NCBI RefSeq assembly: GCF_001194135.2 | Contig: NC_068985.1 | Coordinates: forward strand, 53,420,610 to 53,455,612 | From: Octopus bimaculoides | Lineage: Eukaryota | Reading direction: 5' to 3' | DNA: 35,003 nt | In this document: positions 22,431 to 33,965 of the stretch, piece by piece | Layout of the letters: each line of letters starts with the position of its first letter | How positions within the stretch are numbered: the first letter of the stretch is position 1 | Notes under the pieces: model-generated | What the model was told of the DNA's origin: nothing | Seen by the model: only the letters and a program-made list of their open reading frames with translations | The model's database searches: none | Position numbers and translations under genes: made by a program

Positions 22431-22689
22431 AAAAAGTCACGCCGTGCTGGGGCGCGTGTGTTTGTTTGTGGGTGCGTGCGTTCGTGTATGTTATGGTCAA
22501 ACTCTTTGCCGGACTCCCAGGTATCGGTGGAGGGCCAAATTTGAGGGACTGGTTATTACAGTCATGATGGGGCACGCAGGTATGATAGGATGTACTTCTT
22601 TCATGTGGGCAAGGATTAATTATTTCACTTCTGTTATTCAAGTAAATGCCTGAGTGTTAGATGCTCTTTAAAATCACTCTTTTCTCAGC

Positions 22690-23258
22690 CAGGCTATTGA
22701 AGCTTGGCGATACCTAATCAGAGGCCTGGTACAAACTTGGTAGACACGCGTCTCATACCCAAATCTTCAGTGATAATGAACTGAACTGAACCGTAACTAA
22801 TCTGCACATCCTCTGATAACTCACGGATGATGATTCAACGATTTACCCTCACAGCTGCACGCACATCTGCGATGTTTTTCTCAGTTCTGCTAGTTGCGGG
22901 TCTCCCTGAACGTTCGTCAATATCGACATTTTATTCAGCCATCTTGGAAATATCTGAACCACTCGTACAGTTATGTGTGGCTCATACACTCCTCTCCATA
23001 CACTTTCTGCAACTTTGCGTAGGCCTCTGAGCAGGTATCGCCATGACAACTTTCTCTGTCATGATCAATGCGAGGTTGTCTCGCTACACACCTTCCTTCG
23101 AAGCACTGATGTAAACAACGGAAGTGAGCTAGAACATTAAAACTTAGAGCACATGCACAACAGAGTCTAAGGTCAATCTTTGCCAAGCGGCTTTACTCTG
23201 CGTGCTTTAGCTTTGTTACTATGGCAACAGTCTGGATACTTATTGATCAGACCTCGTA
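22690..23258 (-). mobile_element. Mariner (Tc1/mariner) transposon, left end and HTH region
   Basis: TA + CGAGGTCTGATCAATAAGTATCCAGAC terminus at 23258-23230; YAKLQKVYGEECMSHT; IRELSEDVQISYGSVQFIITEDLGMRRVSTKFVP; frameshifted, no catalytic domain. Confidence 0.9.
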
Positions 23259-23339
23259 TATATGAAATATATAATATAATCTACTGTAACATGATAGTGT
23301 GTGTGCGCGCGCGTGCATCCGTGCGTGTGTGAGGGGGTG

Positions 23340-23605
23340 TACTTCTTGATTCGGTCTAACTGCACTGAGTCCTCTACTGCAGCCTTTGACTAAGAATATA
23401 TTATTCTGACCGTGCCAAGGAGGCAAACCTTTTGTAACACTCCTACTGGGTACTCTATTCCGATTTCCTTTATATTTCCCTTGATACTGCCCCCAAGGAC
23501 CCAAGAATAATTGGCACCATCTTTGCCTTCTTCATTTTCCATAGCCGGGCTATTTCGTACTTAAGAGGGTTGTAGTTATCTATTTTTTCGTCAACTTCCT
23601 TTGCA
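23340..23605 (-). mobile_element. R4/Dong-like RLE C-terminal fragment
   Basis: EKIDNYNPLKYEIARLWKMKKAKMVPIILGSLGAV...LQKVCLLGTVRI. Confidence 0.85.
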
Positions 23606-23609
23606 TGGC

Positions 23610-24216
23610 GGCTTAAGCATGTCACGGATTTTAATGCGCAGACACGCACTCAGGTGTTTCTCTAAAATCTTTCTCTTTATACTGTACTTGGTGACACTTT
23701 CTTTCAATGACCATTTTCCACCCCCAGCCCCAATATAAGCTCCCATACGTATTGTCCCCTACACACACCAGATGCAGAAGTAGTAGTAGTAGTATAAACA
23801 TTCATTTGAACCGTACTTCAACCATCCTCGGAAGTGAGGATATCCGTATCCTGGTTTATGCAGGTTATAGTGCTAGAGTTACAGGCGTGGTATATGCTTT
23901 CATGGTTAGTTTTAGTTTTGTCGCTACATTGACTTATGTTATGATTGTATATATTTTGAGCGCTCTGTCTGAGGGCGTTATTTGGGTAGTATGAATTAAG
24001 TTTACGGTTATTAGATAAGGAAACAATCGATTTTATATTGGGCGGAGAGGAGCAGGATAATTTCAGAGTAGATCTGTTGAATATCGAATGGTATTTATGG
24101 TTACGTTGAAAGTTAAAGTCTACAATAGTAAAAAAGATTTTGACTGAGCCCTTAACGTTTAAAGCGAATGGTGGTGTAAACCAGAGAATCGATCTTCCCT
24201 CAATTTTATTAGGCAA
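23610..24216 (-). mobile_element. Penelope-like (Naiad/Chlamys-type) fragment: thumb/linker plus decayed GIY-YIG
   Basis: ILWFTPPFALNVK..HKYHSIFNRSTLKLSCSSPPNIKSIV..NRKL (WFNPP / FNRNT.K.SYSC.PN motifs); then NVY, AYIG and KYSIKRKILEK in shifted frames. Confidence 0.8.
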
Positions 24217-24294
24217 TATGGGGGAAATATAATCTGTATTTTTTGTCAGAGAAGAAGCCCGGACTCAGCATTGTTTATCAATTTGAGTGTCAAT

Positions 24295-25349
24295 CGAGTG
24301 TTATGCGGTTGCACCACCTGCAGCAATTTCTAGAAGGTGAACGTGTGTGGGCTCCGTTTGTGAGACACGCTTTTCCGCAGCTCGTCTCCTTGACGGAGCT
24401 GCAGTCTTGGGTAAAGGATAGGCCGAGATTGGGCGCCTGGCACTTATAATGTCTGGCGTCTACTGGCCTCTACAAGTCGGGAAATAGGATCGGTGTATGT
24501 CCCACTTTAGATATTTACAGAGAATTAGTAGCGGGGAAGTGCGACGACGTCCTCGGGGAGATCCTAGGCTTCGACGAAGGCAAACTGGCAAGTCTATTCC
24601 GGAGGACTTTCCAGTCGGAGACTGTTATGGATAATTTCCAGATATCTTTGGCTTGGCAGTGCTACCAGGGGGCGTTACCGGTTGGGGATAAACTCTACAG
24701 GCACGGATGTGCTGCCAGACGGGTTTGTCCGAGGTGCTCGCAGAGCGACGAAACCGTTCTGCATACACTCGTTCAGTGTCTAGGCATTGCTGACTTGTAG
24801 AGTTGTGTCGAACAGCTGCTGTCGTCCAACTCCATAAGGATGATTGCCACACCACCTTCTTTTTATCGAGCAAGCAAGACAGTTTTCATTTGTCTGGTGG
24901 CTGTGGTGAAGGAGGTTGTCTGGTGGACGAGGCTGAAAGGAATGAGGACAGAAACTTTCCTCTTTGGTAAAACCCTCATCGATTTTTTGAAGTTTCACTT
25001 GAAAAGAAAAGTGAGGAAGGAGAGGGTGATGCTGCCCTCGAGTGAGTTTATTGAAAGGTGGGTGAAAGTTGCAAAAATAGCAAGAGTGGATGGTACCACT
25101 CTCAATGTAGACTTGTGAGTCGCAAGAAAGAAGTTGGAGTGGGCTCTCGTCCTTTGTACTCAGGGTGATCTTGGATGGTGGGGTTCCTTGATTATTGCTA
25201 GAGGTCCTCCTGAATCAGGGGTATCCCATCAGTATCCTTTTACCCACCTCTTTTTCTGGTGTCATATACTATGTATACTTCTTTTCTTCTAACGTATACC
25301 GTGTATACCTTTTATTTCATCGTTCCATTATATGTAAACCCCAACACTT

Positions 25350-25350
<1 letters not shown>
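24295..25350 (+). mobile_element. L1/Tx1-like LINE 3' fragment, divergent from 8775-10545
   Basis: MRLHHLQQFLEGERVWAPFV..PQLVSLTELQSW, DNFQISLAWQCYQGALPVGDKL..CPRCSQSDETVLH; 3' UTR. Confidence 0.88.

Positions 25351-25351
<1 letters not shown>

Positions 25352-25442
<91 letters not shown>
25352..25442. repeat. (TG)n microsatellite, about 45 units
   Basis: Visible in sequence. Confidence 0.97.
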
Positions 25443-25444
<2 letters not shown>

Positions 25445-25869
25445 AATAACAGTTTCACTTAACTCTATGCAACTTCAAGTTTTGTACACTTATGGAACGA
25501 ACCTAACTCCTTAGTATATCTACTCAATAGACATGAAAGTTGCAAGATGCTGACACTGACTGCAAATTTCTAGGGAATGTGCACAAGAGTAGTGCAGACA
25601 CCCTTTGAGTGCCTATGATATTACTCAGGGAGCACGTAATAAACAATAGTAGCAAAAACAATACATTGACCAAGTACTGAAAATCCAAGTGATCAATATT
25701 CTGATAACCTCCGTGCAAACCCAGAAGAACAGGACTTTTTTGTGTTTACACTAAAACGGCATTTCATAAGTATGTTCACCTTAAACTAGAAAAAAAGATG
25801 ACCATATTAATGGGAGTGCAGCCTCTTCTAGACTCATAAACGCTACCTCACATTACATCATGTCTTGAA

Positions 25870-26385
25870 GTTTGCTTTCGTAATTCAGGAGTAGAATGTA
25901 ACAGCAAAATATCTCAAGAAAAAACGGAGCAACAAGACCCTTAAAATCCCAAGATGTAACTACAAGAGTTGATTGTCATTCTATGGAGGGCAAAACCCAT
26001 GTTATCAGCAGTTACCCAAAAATGTCATCAACTTTCTATCTCCCACTGGGATATGATATTGCTAAAACAATAAGTAATGCTATCCACTGCAAAGACTGTC
26101 GCGGGATCGATATAAATAAACACTAATGCATACATATCAGCATAGGCAATATCTTTGGAACATCCCCATCAATACTTCTAGTTTTACAACAAAACAGATT
26201 TGACATTTGGGACAGAAAAGAAAGGACATGTGCAGTCATAGATGTTAAGCTGAATTGCAGTTGTGAACGCTTTTTCGAAAATCAGTGAGGAGAATACCTA
26301 AAGACTACTGCTTCGAAATCTAACGCTGATCCGCCCTGATTATAAATTTATATTTATACAAACAATCATTGGTGAACTTTTTGTT
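25870..26385 (+). mobile_element. Very old RLE-type LINE C-terminal fragment
   Basis: FAFVIQE*NV..KYL, HVISSYPKMSSTFYLPL, NRFDIWDRKERTCAVIDV, LLRNLTLIRPDYKF..IIG across frameshifts. Confidence 0.6.
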
Positions 26386-26624
26386 TTACTTTTTTTGAAA
26401 TGTCTAAATGATTATCTGGTAGGGCTAAGATTTTAAAGCAGAGAAAGAATTTGGCTAACAGGAACTTTAGCGATATAATCTGATAATGGAACAGTAAAAT
26501 ATGCAAGACTTTCTTAAAGTTCAATATGCAGCAATTATCGTTGTTGTAATCAAAACTCCGATTTTGGAGCATCCGTTTCTTTGGTAGAAACCCACGTTCT
26601 AGAAAGAGTACTTATAAAGAAAAA

Positions 26625-26651
26625 ACCTACATACATTCATATGTACATACA

Positions 26652-26686
<35 letters not shown>

Positions 26687-26746
26687 GTGAATATATAAAT
26701 ATATATACATACATACGTAAACACAGATACACACATATATACGTGA

Positions 26747-26784
<38 letters not shown>

Positions 26785-26840
26785 GTACGTACATACATAC
26801 ATACATACACACATACATACATACATACATACATACGCAT
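26625..26840. repeat. (TACA)n/(TA)n compound microsatellite
   Basis: Visible in sequence. Confidence 0.95.
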
Positions 26841-27199
26841 ATAATACATGGCCTATAATACTATATAGTTATTTGTAAAATACTTATTATCTCATCTAAG
26901 CATCGTATACTTTGACCTACATATCTGTGGCAAATGCAAATACATATTTAGCGGAGATAGTTAATATTGACCCAGATAAAATAACCATCCGTTACATGAA
27001 TTTTGGCACTCATAGAGACTCATTAAAATTGCAGCTCTAATTACTTATACAATCATTCTGACCTAATGAGTCAGTCATGAAGATTTTAGTGATTATGAAT
27101 CACATTTTATTTTGGATATGAACATAGTCTCTCACAAATAAACTTTTCATTTAAGGCTTTAACTTACTTCTCTTGTTTAGAAGGTAAAGTCAAATAGAA

Positions 27200-27589
27200 G
27201 GCGCGGGCTTACATTGAAATAGGATGATTTTGATTTCAGTCCCACTGCGTGACACTGTATCAAATTTCATCAGCTATAGTCCTTAGGACGACCGATGCAT
27301 TGTGAGTGAGTTTGGTAACAGAGACATTTTGAAAACACATACACATACATGTATATTTTATCTTTTAATTGTATCAGTTCATTACATTGCAGATGTGCTG
27401 GCGCACCACCTGAAGGGTTTCGTCGAACAAATCAACCTCAGTACTTGATTTTTAAAGCTGATACTTATTCTATCGGTTCCTTTTTGTCGAACTGCAAGGA
27501 TATGGAAAATAAAGGAACCGATACTTGTTGTCAAACAGTAGTGTTGGATAAACACGAATACAAAATAAAGACGCACACGCATGCATGCA

Positions 27590-27590
<1 letters not shown>
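27200..27590. mobile_element. Degenerate family B SINE head (+, about 27200-27330) and tail (-, about 27355-27590)
   Basis: CAGTCCCACTGCGTG..TGTGAGTG; GCACCACCTGAAGG..GAACAAATC.AC..CAGTACTT..TATTCTATCGGT. Confidence 0.6.
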
Positions 27591-27637
<47 letters not shown>

Positions 27638-27638
27638 A
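27591..27638. repeat. (TATC)n microsatellite
   Basis: Visible in sequence. Confidence 0.95.
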
Positions 27639-27974
27639 TTATACTAAAATTCAAAATTTGTCTATCTGTTTTCCTGCCCTTTGATTAAGATGATAAAGAT
27701 TACAAATAAAATAGTTATTTCCCTCTTTAAGAAAAAATAGTCAAGTTGAAAATGTCGACGCTTCAAAGAGTCGTCGGTGCTACCGCCGTCCGTCCTTTTT
27801 TACTTCTTTCTTTTTCTCTTTCTTTAGTCATTTGAACGACTTTCGACTCTATTTTTATGAGATATATTTTTTGAATCACAGGTATTTGATTTGTTTTTTC
27901 TTAAAGGGGAAAAATACTGTTTTATTTAAAATAAAATATTAATCTTTATCATCCTTAATCAAAAGCAGAAAAAC

Positions 27975-28330
27975 AGAGAGACTATCTCTTTATAGACGAA
28001 GATCAGTTGCAATGGGAGGAGTTGAATCTCATAAGAATGGAAAAACAAATAGGTTGTGCTTTATAATGAAACTCTTTTAAGAGCATTCAAATGCCACCGC
28101 AACGTTGAAATCGTCGCCTCAGTGAAGTAAATTTAGTACGTCATCAAGTACACGCTAAAAGGAAATGGCCAAGATACTGTTCAAATAACAAATGATAACG
28201 AAATTAGTCACTATCTAATGAGTAGGTATATTGGACCATCCGAAGCAGTTCCATTCATTTTAAGATCTTCAATTCATGAAAGAGCACCTGCAAAAGTGAG
28301 ACTGCAAGTTCATCTTCCGGATGAACAGCG
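27975..28330 (+). mobile_element. Helitron Rep-domain relic
   Basis: LYRRR..., then VVLYNETLLRAFKCHRNVEIVASVK*I*YVIKYTLKG..NEISHYLMSRYIGPSEAV..IHERAPAKVRLQVHLPDEQ; matches the Helitron VVPYN..HINVE..KY..KY..KG..RY...EA..VHL pattern. Absent from the ORF track. Confidence 0.85.
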
Positions 28331-28644
28331 ATAATAAGGCTGTCAATGAACGACATATAAGAACAAAATTGGCAGAATTATTTTCATTGTGCATCAATGA
28401 CATTATTTTATGCATCAATGACATTACATTATGCTGAATAGGTAATTTTTTTTTTGGATTAGTTATATTTATTTTCTGAAAAATCTAATCTCAACGCTAT
28501 GATTTTTCTATATTCGCTCTTTTCGTAAGACTATTTCATTCACCTTCTCGTAAGGGCATATTTATTTTAAAATATTTTTTACAACGCCGTTCTACAACAC
28601 CTTTTAATACGATTGTAATTCTAAATCTCCCTACATATATCTTT

Positions 28645-28740
28645 ATACAGCTCACTTTCCCGAGCGTCAAACTAATACACCTAATTGTTGTTCATACATC
28701 TGTCTTCGTCTTTTGTTTTTCTGTAAATTTCAACTATACT
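28645..28740 (+). repeat. Second copy of the 18930-19080 repeat 3' part
   Basis: CTTTCCCGAGCGTCAAACTAATACACC..GTTGTTCATACATCTGTC. Confidence 0.5.
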
Positions 28741-28812
28741 TTTATACATCCACACTTTTATAACTTAATCTCATTCGTCTATTTATATATGTATATTAAA
28801 TTTTTATATATC

Positions 28813-28890
28813 TACCGTATATTTCCGCGTATAAGACGACTTTTAAATCCTAAAATTTACCCTAAAAATTTGGAGTCGTCTTACACCACC
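28813..28890 (+). mobile_element. Terminal fragment of a Tc2/pogo-like DNA transposon
   Basis: TA-CCGTATATTTCCGCGTATAAGACGAC terminus with internal inverted copy GTCGTCTTA (28875-28883). Confidence 0.55.
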
Positions 28891-29039
28891 ATTCTAAAAA
28901 TCAAACTAAACTAACCTTGACCTTGGTGCGATAACCACAGACATACATGAACAGATTAATCAAATAAGAAAAAAATATAATATATGTAATAAAAACATAT
29001 CGCAGAGATTGAGTAAGCACCTGGAAGATAACCTGTTTC

Positions 29040-29292
29040 TAGAAGAGCAGAAGGGATGCTGCAAGGGCTCATACGGCTGTAAAGATCAATTAATGATCAA
29101 TAAAGCCATAACTGAAGACAGCTGCAGAAAGAAGAAAGGCCTTTGATAGTGTTCCCCACAAGTGGATCCTCGAAACACTAGCCATAAACAAGGTAGCACC
29201 AATAATTATAAAATAAATAAGACACTCTATCAATAAATGGCAGACTGTGCTACAGCTCCAAAAAAAAAAAAAGAGGGACTCATGAAAACGAA
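29040..29292 (+). mobile_element. R4/Dong-like RT fragment with internal deletion
   Basis: EQKGCCKGSYGCKDQLMINKAI..AFDSVPHKWILETL..KWQTVLQLQ..EGLMKTK; overlaps the 1-365 subfamily. Confidence 0.85.
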
Positions 29293-29299
29293 ATTATAT

Positions 29300-29719
29300 T
29301 TTGCGCCTAGAAAGAAGGCCGACACGGTTGAGTGAACATGTTTAGTTATAACCAAGGCACTCCAAATTTAATCTGTCTGGTGGGAGAGTGGACAGAAGTC
29401 GTTTGTATGTAGTCTAGTGGATAATATTGAGGTTGTTAGTTGAGTAGTTTCCTCATGATAAGTGTCAGAATGAATTTTGTGTGTGAATAGTTATTTGTGT
29501 ATGTACTCTGTTAAAGTTTGTTAAGTTTTTGCTTGTACTTTTGTATGAAAGCATTTTATTTGTTTATCCGTGGTTCGTCTGTGGTATTCGCTAAGCATAG
29601 GTAAAGTGTTTTTACACCTTTTACCATAAGAGAGCCTTTATTTCGCTCCGCAGTAACTGCACGGTAGCTGCAGTAAATTTGCGTTGAGAAGTTGAAATGT
29701 CTTGAGTAACCTGAAGTTC

Positions 29720-29720
<1 letters not shown>
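29300..29720 (-). mobile_element. Possible PLE ORF N-terminal relic
   Basis: Weak: a LN(F)GVP-like segment after a frameshift, and position downstream of the 30 kb hammerhead on the same strand. Confidence 0.25.
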
Positions 29721-29773
<53 letters not shown>

Positions 29774-29865
29774 AAACATAAACAAGAGTGAAAAAACTAC
29801 AGAAGGCTTAACCAGGTGCTTTCACATACCAACTTTCTCACACACACACACACACTCACACACAC

Positions 29866-29897
<32 letters not shown>

Positions 29898-29951
29898 TTG
29901 TAGAATAATAATAAATGGAGCAAAACGCATATAATCAATAAGTTCCTTTCA

Positions 29952-30038
29952 TTCCTACATATGTTTCAAAATATATGTGCACTCTACTCCAAAGAAGTAA
30001 GAGGTGCTGGAATTGCACATAAATTCATCTTCAGGGAA
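29952..30038 (-). ncRNA. Type I hammerhead ribozyme with long stem II (predicted)
   Basis: UUCC-CUGAAGA-UGAAUUUAUGUGCA[32 nt]UGCACAUAUAUUUU-GAAAC-AUAU-GUA-GGAA; palindromic ACAUAUGU stem III. Predicted cut between 29956 and 29955. Confidence 0.8.
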
Positions 30039-30715
30039 CCAACATACAAAGAGCAAGACATATATATATGTATGTACATATACATATATATATATATATA
30101 TACATACATATATATATATNNNNNNNNNNNNNNNNNNNNNNNNNNNNNNNNNNNNNNNNNNNNNNNNNNNNNNNNNNNNNNNNNNNNNNNNNNNNNNNNN
30201 NNNNNNNNNNNNNNNNNNNNNNNNNNNNNNNNNNNNNNNNNNNNNNNNNNNNNNNNNNNNNNNNNNNNNNNNNNNNNNNNNNNNNNNNNNNNNNNNNNNN
30301 NNNNNNNNNNNNNNNNNNNNNNNNNNNNNNNNNNNNNNNNNNNNNNNNNNNNNNNNNNNNNNNNNNNNNNNNNNNNNNNNNNNNNNNNNNNNNNNNNNNN
30401 NNNNNNNNNNNNNNNNNNNNNNNNNNNNNNNNNNNNNNNNNNNNNNNNNNNNNNNNNNNNNNNNNNNNNNNNNNNNNNNNNNNNNNNNNNNNNNNNNNNN
30501 NNNNNNNNNNNNNNNNNNNNNNNNNNNNNNNNNNNNNNNNNNNNNNNNNNNNNNNNNNNNNNNNNNNNNNNNNNNNNNNNNNNNNNNNNNNNNNNNNNNN
30601 NNNNNNNNNNNNNNNNNNNNNNNNNNNNNNNNNNNNNNNNNNNNNNNNNNNNNNNNNNNNNNNNNNNNNNNNNNNNNNNNNNNNNNNNNNNNNNNNNNNN
30701 NNNNNNNNNNNNNNA

Positions 30716-30895
30716 CGCACACACATATACATATATATACGACGGGCTTCTTTCAGTTTCCGCCTACCAAATCCACTCTCAAGGCTTTGGTCGGCCCGAG
30801 GCTATAGTAGAAGACACTTGCCTAAGGTGCCACGCAGTGGGACTGAACCCGGAACCATGTGGTTGGTAAGCAAGCTACTTAACACACAGCCATTA
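30716..30895 (-). mobile_element. SINE family B head (rest in gap)
   Basis: Near-consensus match to 6367-6510 in reverse complement. Confidence 0.9.
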
Positions 30896-30959
30896 TATAC
30901 ATACATACATACATACATACATACATACATACATACATACATACATACATGCGTGTATG

Positions 30960-31130
30960 TGTGTTTATGTTTGTCCCCGCACCATTTGACAACTGGTGAC
31001 AATTTAGTGGTTTGGCGAAATAGGTCGATAGTTCTAGACTGAAAAAAAAAAAAAGTAATGGTGTTAATTTGTTCGACGCTTTCCCCATCGTGGCTGCAGT
31101 CTAATGACTGAAATAAATGAAAGATAAAAA
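30960..31130 (+). mobile_element. Degenerate family B tail module
   Basis: TTTGTCCCC..TTGACAAC.G, GGCTGCAGTCTAATGACTGAAA. Confidence 0.6.
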
Positions 31131-31947
31131 AAAATGGGATTCAAAATTACCAGTTTATACTTTATACTTAATAAAATAGTGAACTTAACACGCCACCCTG
31201 TTTAACACCACCAGCTGGTCTTTGGTGTCACCGTAGAGATGCTTTAGTCGAGTTCCTTGTGATATAAATCTTCTTTCGATTTGTGGCTAACTTCTTCCTT
31301 CCTCCCACCAGTTCCGGACGTCCGGAAAATATTAACTATCATTGTGACCGCCCTTCCCTCCGTGACTAAACGGAAGAAAGAGATACTTTTAAAATAGTAT
31401 TTTAATCCGGTCTCTAGATTTGTTTATTTTCTGTTTATTCCTGCTTTTGCTTTTCCTCTACTTTGTTCTACACCCGCACATCCACAAATCCACCTAATCC
31501 CCACAAATCCACCCTCACACCCACAAATCCAGCCCCCACCACACATATATGTGCATGTATATACACATATAATTCAGCCCCTAATAATTATAGTTAGGTG
31601 ACACAAAGCTTCTGTTCAAAGCACGAAAGCTAACACTCAAACCCACTTCTACCCATTTGCCTCTATAGGGAGTACGTAAATATTTTAGGTCGCTTCTGAT
31701 TAAATGTGATCCCTATTTGCTACCCCCAATTCTGCATGCCAGATACTTTATGTAGTTATTCATACTGAGAACCACTATCTCATTTCTTAATTCTTGACTC
31801 ACCATATATTAACTATACCAATGTTACGTCTAACCCCTAATAGAGCTCTTGAAGAATGAGTAATTTTAATAAACAACGAGTAAAACATGGAAGAAACAAC
31901 GACCACCATCTCTAGTTACTTTTATCATTATATCTGAGTAGGAACAC

Positions 31948-32150
31948 GGCGGCGAGCTGGTAGAATCGATAGCGCGTTGGACTAATTACTTAGAGGCATT
32001 TCTCCGGCCCTTCACGTTCTGAGTTTAAATGCTGCCAACATCGACAATTCCTTTCGGTGTTGATAGAATTAGTACCAGTCAAGTACTGGAGTCGATATAA
32101 CCGACTTTCACTCCTCACAAATTTGCTGGTCTTGTGTCAAATCTATAGGG
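31948..32150 (+). mobile_element. SINE family A
   Basis: GGCGGCGAGCTGGTAGAATCGATAGC..GTTCTGAGTTTAAAT..AGTACCAGTCAAGTACTGGAGTCGAT. Confidence 0.8.
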
Positions 32151-32678
32151 AATGGAATGACAAAATCAGGACATCGGACAAAATTCCTAAAGATATTTAA
32201 TTAATTTCTGCAGTTCAAACAGCGCGAAGGATCAACTTTTTGCATTTCATCCTTCCAATGTGGGAATTTCAGGGTAGCACAAAAATCATTTTCCATTTTA
32301 AAGGTAAAATAACTTTGAAAAAGCAAAAAAGAAAGGTTACGAAATTTTTCTCTTTGGCTACATTGATTTTGAACTTTGAGAATTACATGGAACAATATGA
32401 TATCATGAAAATGCAGTATTCCAATTTCCACATAGCCCTTTCTGTCATTTCTAACGGGCCTATTAACCATGGAAAATCACTTACGACCCTGCATCCTAAT
32501 TGGCCTTAGTCGGTTGATGTCAATTTAATATCTGGTACTTATTTTTATTGTTTAAAGGGAGAGTGAAGGACAACTTATACTTCAGCGCTATTTGAACCTC
32601 GAATTAAAGAATTAAATGACATGTAGTAAATAAACAATTTAATCCGACACTTTACCACTGTTTATACTATTTCTTATA

Positions 32679-33141
32679 CATCTTTATTCGTTTATCACGG
32701 AATTTTAGTACCAGAAAAAAAGAAAATAAAAAGTGATAAATGCTTTTATCTCCATGCACTTTGTAAGTGAAATGAATAGTAGATTCATTGACACCAAACT
32801 TGTAGCCCAAAGTAGCGAAGCTTCCACCGTCACATACTTTCTTGATCGTTTCTGCCTTTTCTTGGAGAGAATACATTCATCTGCGCCGTTTGTTAGGATC
32901 AGGTACCGTCATATTTTTCTCTTCATGACACCCCATGTTAATGAGTATGAGTACGTAAATCTGTATAAAAATACACTGCCTCGCAGCACGGTCATGGAAA
33001 CACAAGTGATAGTCAGTGCATTCTGAGTGGCTGAGTATTGTGGGTGGTCACTGGAGCAAGCTTTTGTGGTACCAGCAGACTCTTCGACAGATCGCCGACC
33101 AGTGTTATCACAGATCAATCCGTGATAAACATAACACGCTT
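32679..33141 (-). mobile_element. Short Tigger/pogo-like derivative (psq-type HTH remnant)
   Basis: MYSLQEKAETIKKVCDGGSFATLGYKFGVNESTI (32876 downward); inverted GTTTATCACGGA (32690-32701) and TCCGTGATAAAC (33119-33130); TA at the left end. Confidence 0.7.
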
Positions 33142-33704
33142 CACAATTGAAGGTGTCGCATTACCTCGAGTCAGCGATATGAGTTAGTGGTAAATCCAAG
33201 GAAAATGACAGATGATTCAGAACGAAGTGTATTTAGTCATGCAAAAATGACAAGTTATGATAAGCTGGCTAGAGTAAATGTATGTCGAATGAGGTGTGTT
33301 TAATTGAAAAAAACACCGTTTAGATAGTGTAATTGGAGTTCAAATGACTGTCGTTATTGTATATGAACAAATGGTGCTTCCTGTTGCTACTGTTGTTTTT
33401 CTTTTGTTGTAAACACTGTTCATACGAAACCCCATGTCAACCTTGGTGAAGCCGACTTAGAGCAGTCAGTCAATGGAGCAATTAAATACAGATCCACTGA
33501 TCCATTGGTCCTTACATTCTCTGTCTCCACCTTTTATTTGCGCTCAAACTTCAAGCAGAAGAGACCTTCGGAGTTGTCCCCCTTAGTTGTTTAGTTACAA
33601 AGATTATTTTCCATCGACATACAATGACAATGATTTTGAGGAAAGGAGTAAAGTCGTTATCAGCTACCCCAGATCTAGATTGGTACATATTTTGAGGGGT
33701 CCAT

Positions 33705-33965
33705 GATAGTGGAAGTGGTGGTGATGTGATGGTGGTGATGATGGTGATAGTGAGAAGTGTGACAGTAGTGAAAGTGCGGTGGCGGGGATGATCGAGTTGG
33801 TAGTAATAGTGGTTGTGGTTGAAGTTGCGGTTGGAGGGGTTTGTAGTTATTTTTGTTATAGTGATGGCAGTAGCGGAGGTAGAGCGGGTGGTGGTGGTGG
33901 TGGATGTGGTTATGGTCTTTATTGTGGTTTTGTAGTAGTTGTTGTGGTTGTGTTGATGTTCTTGT
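33705..33965. repeat. Low-complexity (GGT/GTA/GTT)n tract
   Basis: Visible in sequence. Confidence 0.9.

Noticed and set aside
29111-29135. CUGAAGA...GAAA hammerhead-like words (also near 1433 and 8733)
   Set aside because: They fall inside LINE coding sequence and lack stems I and III.
32200-32510. Host gene exon or ORF (32240-32509)
   Set aside because: No recognisable domain and only weak splice-like words; not supportable without RNA-seq.
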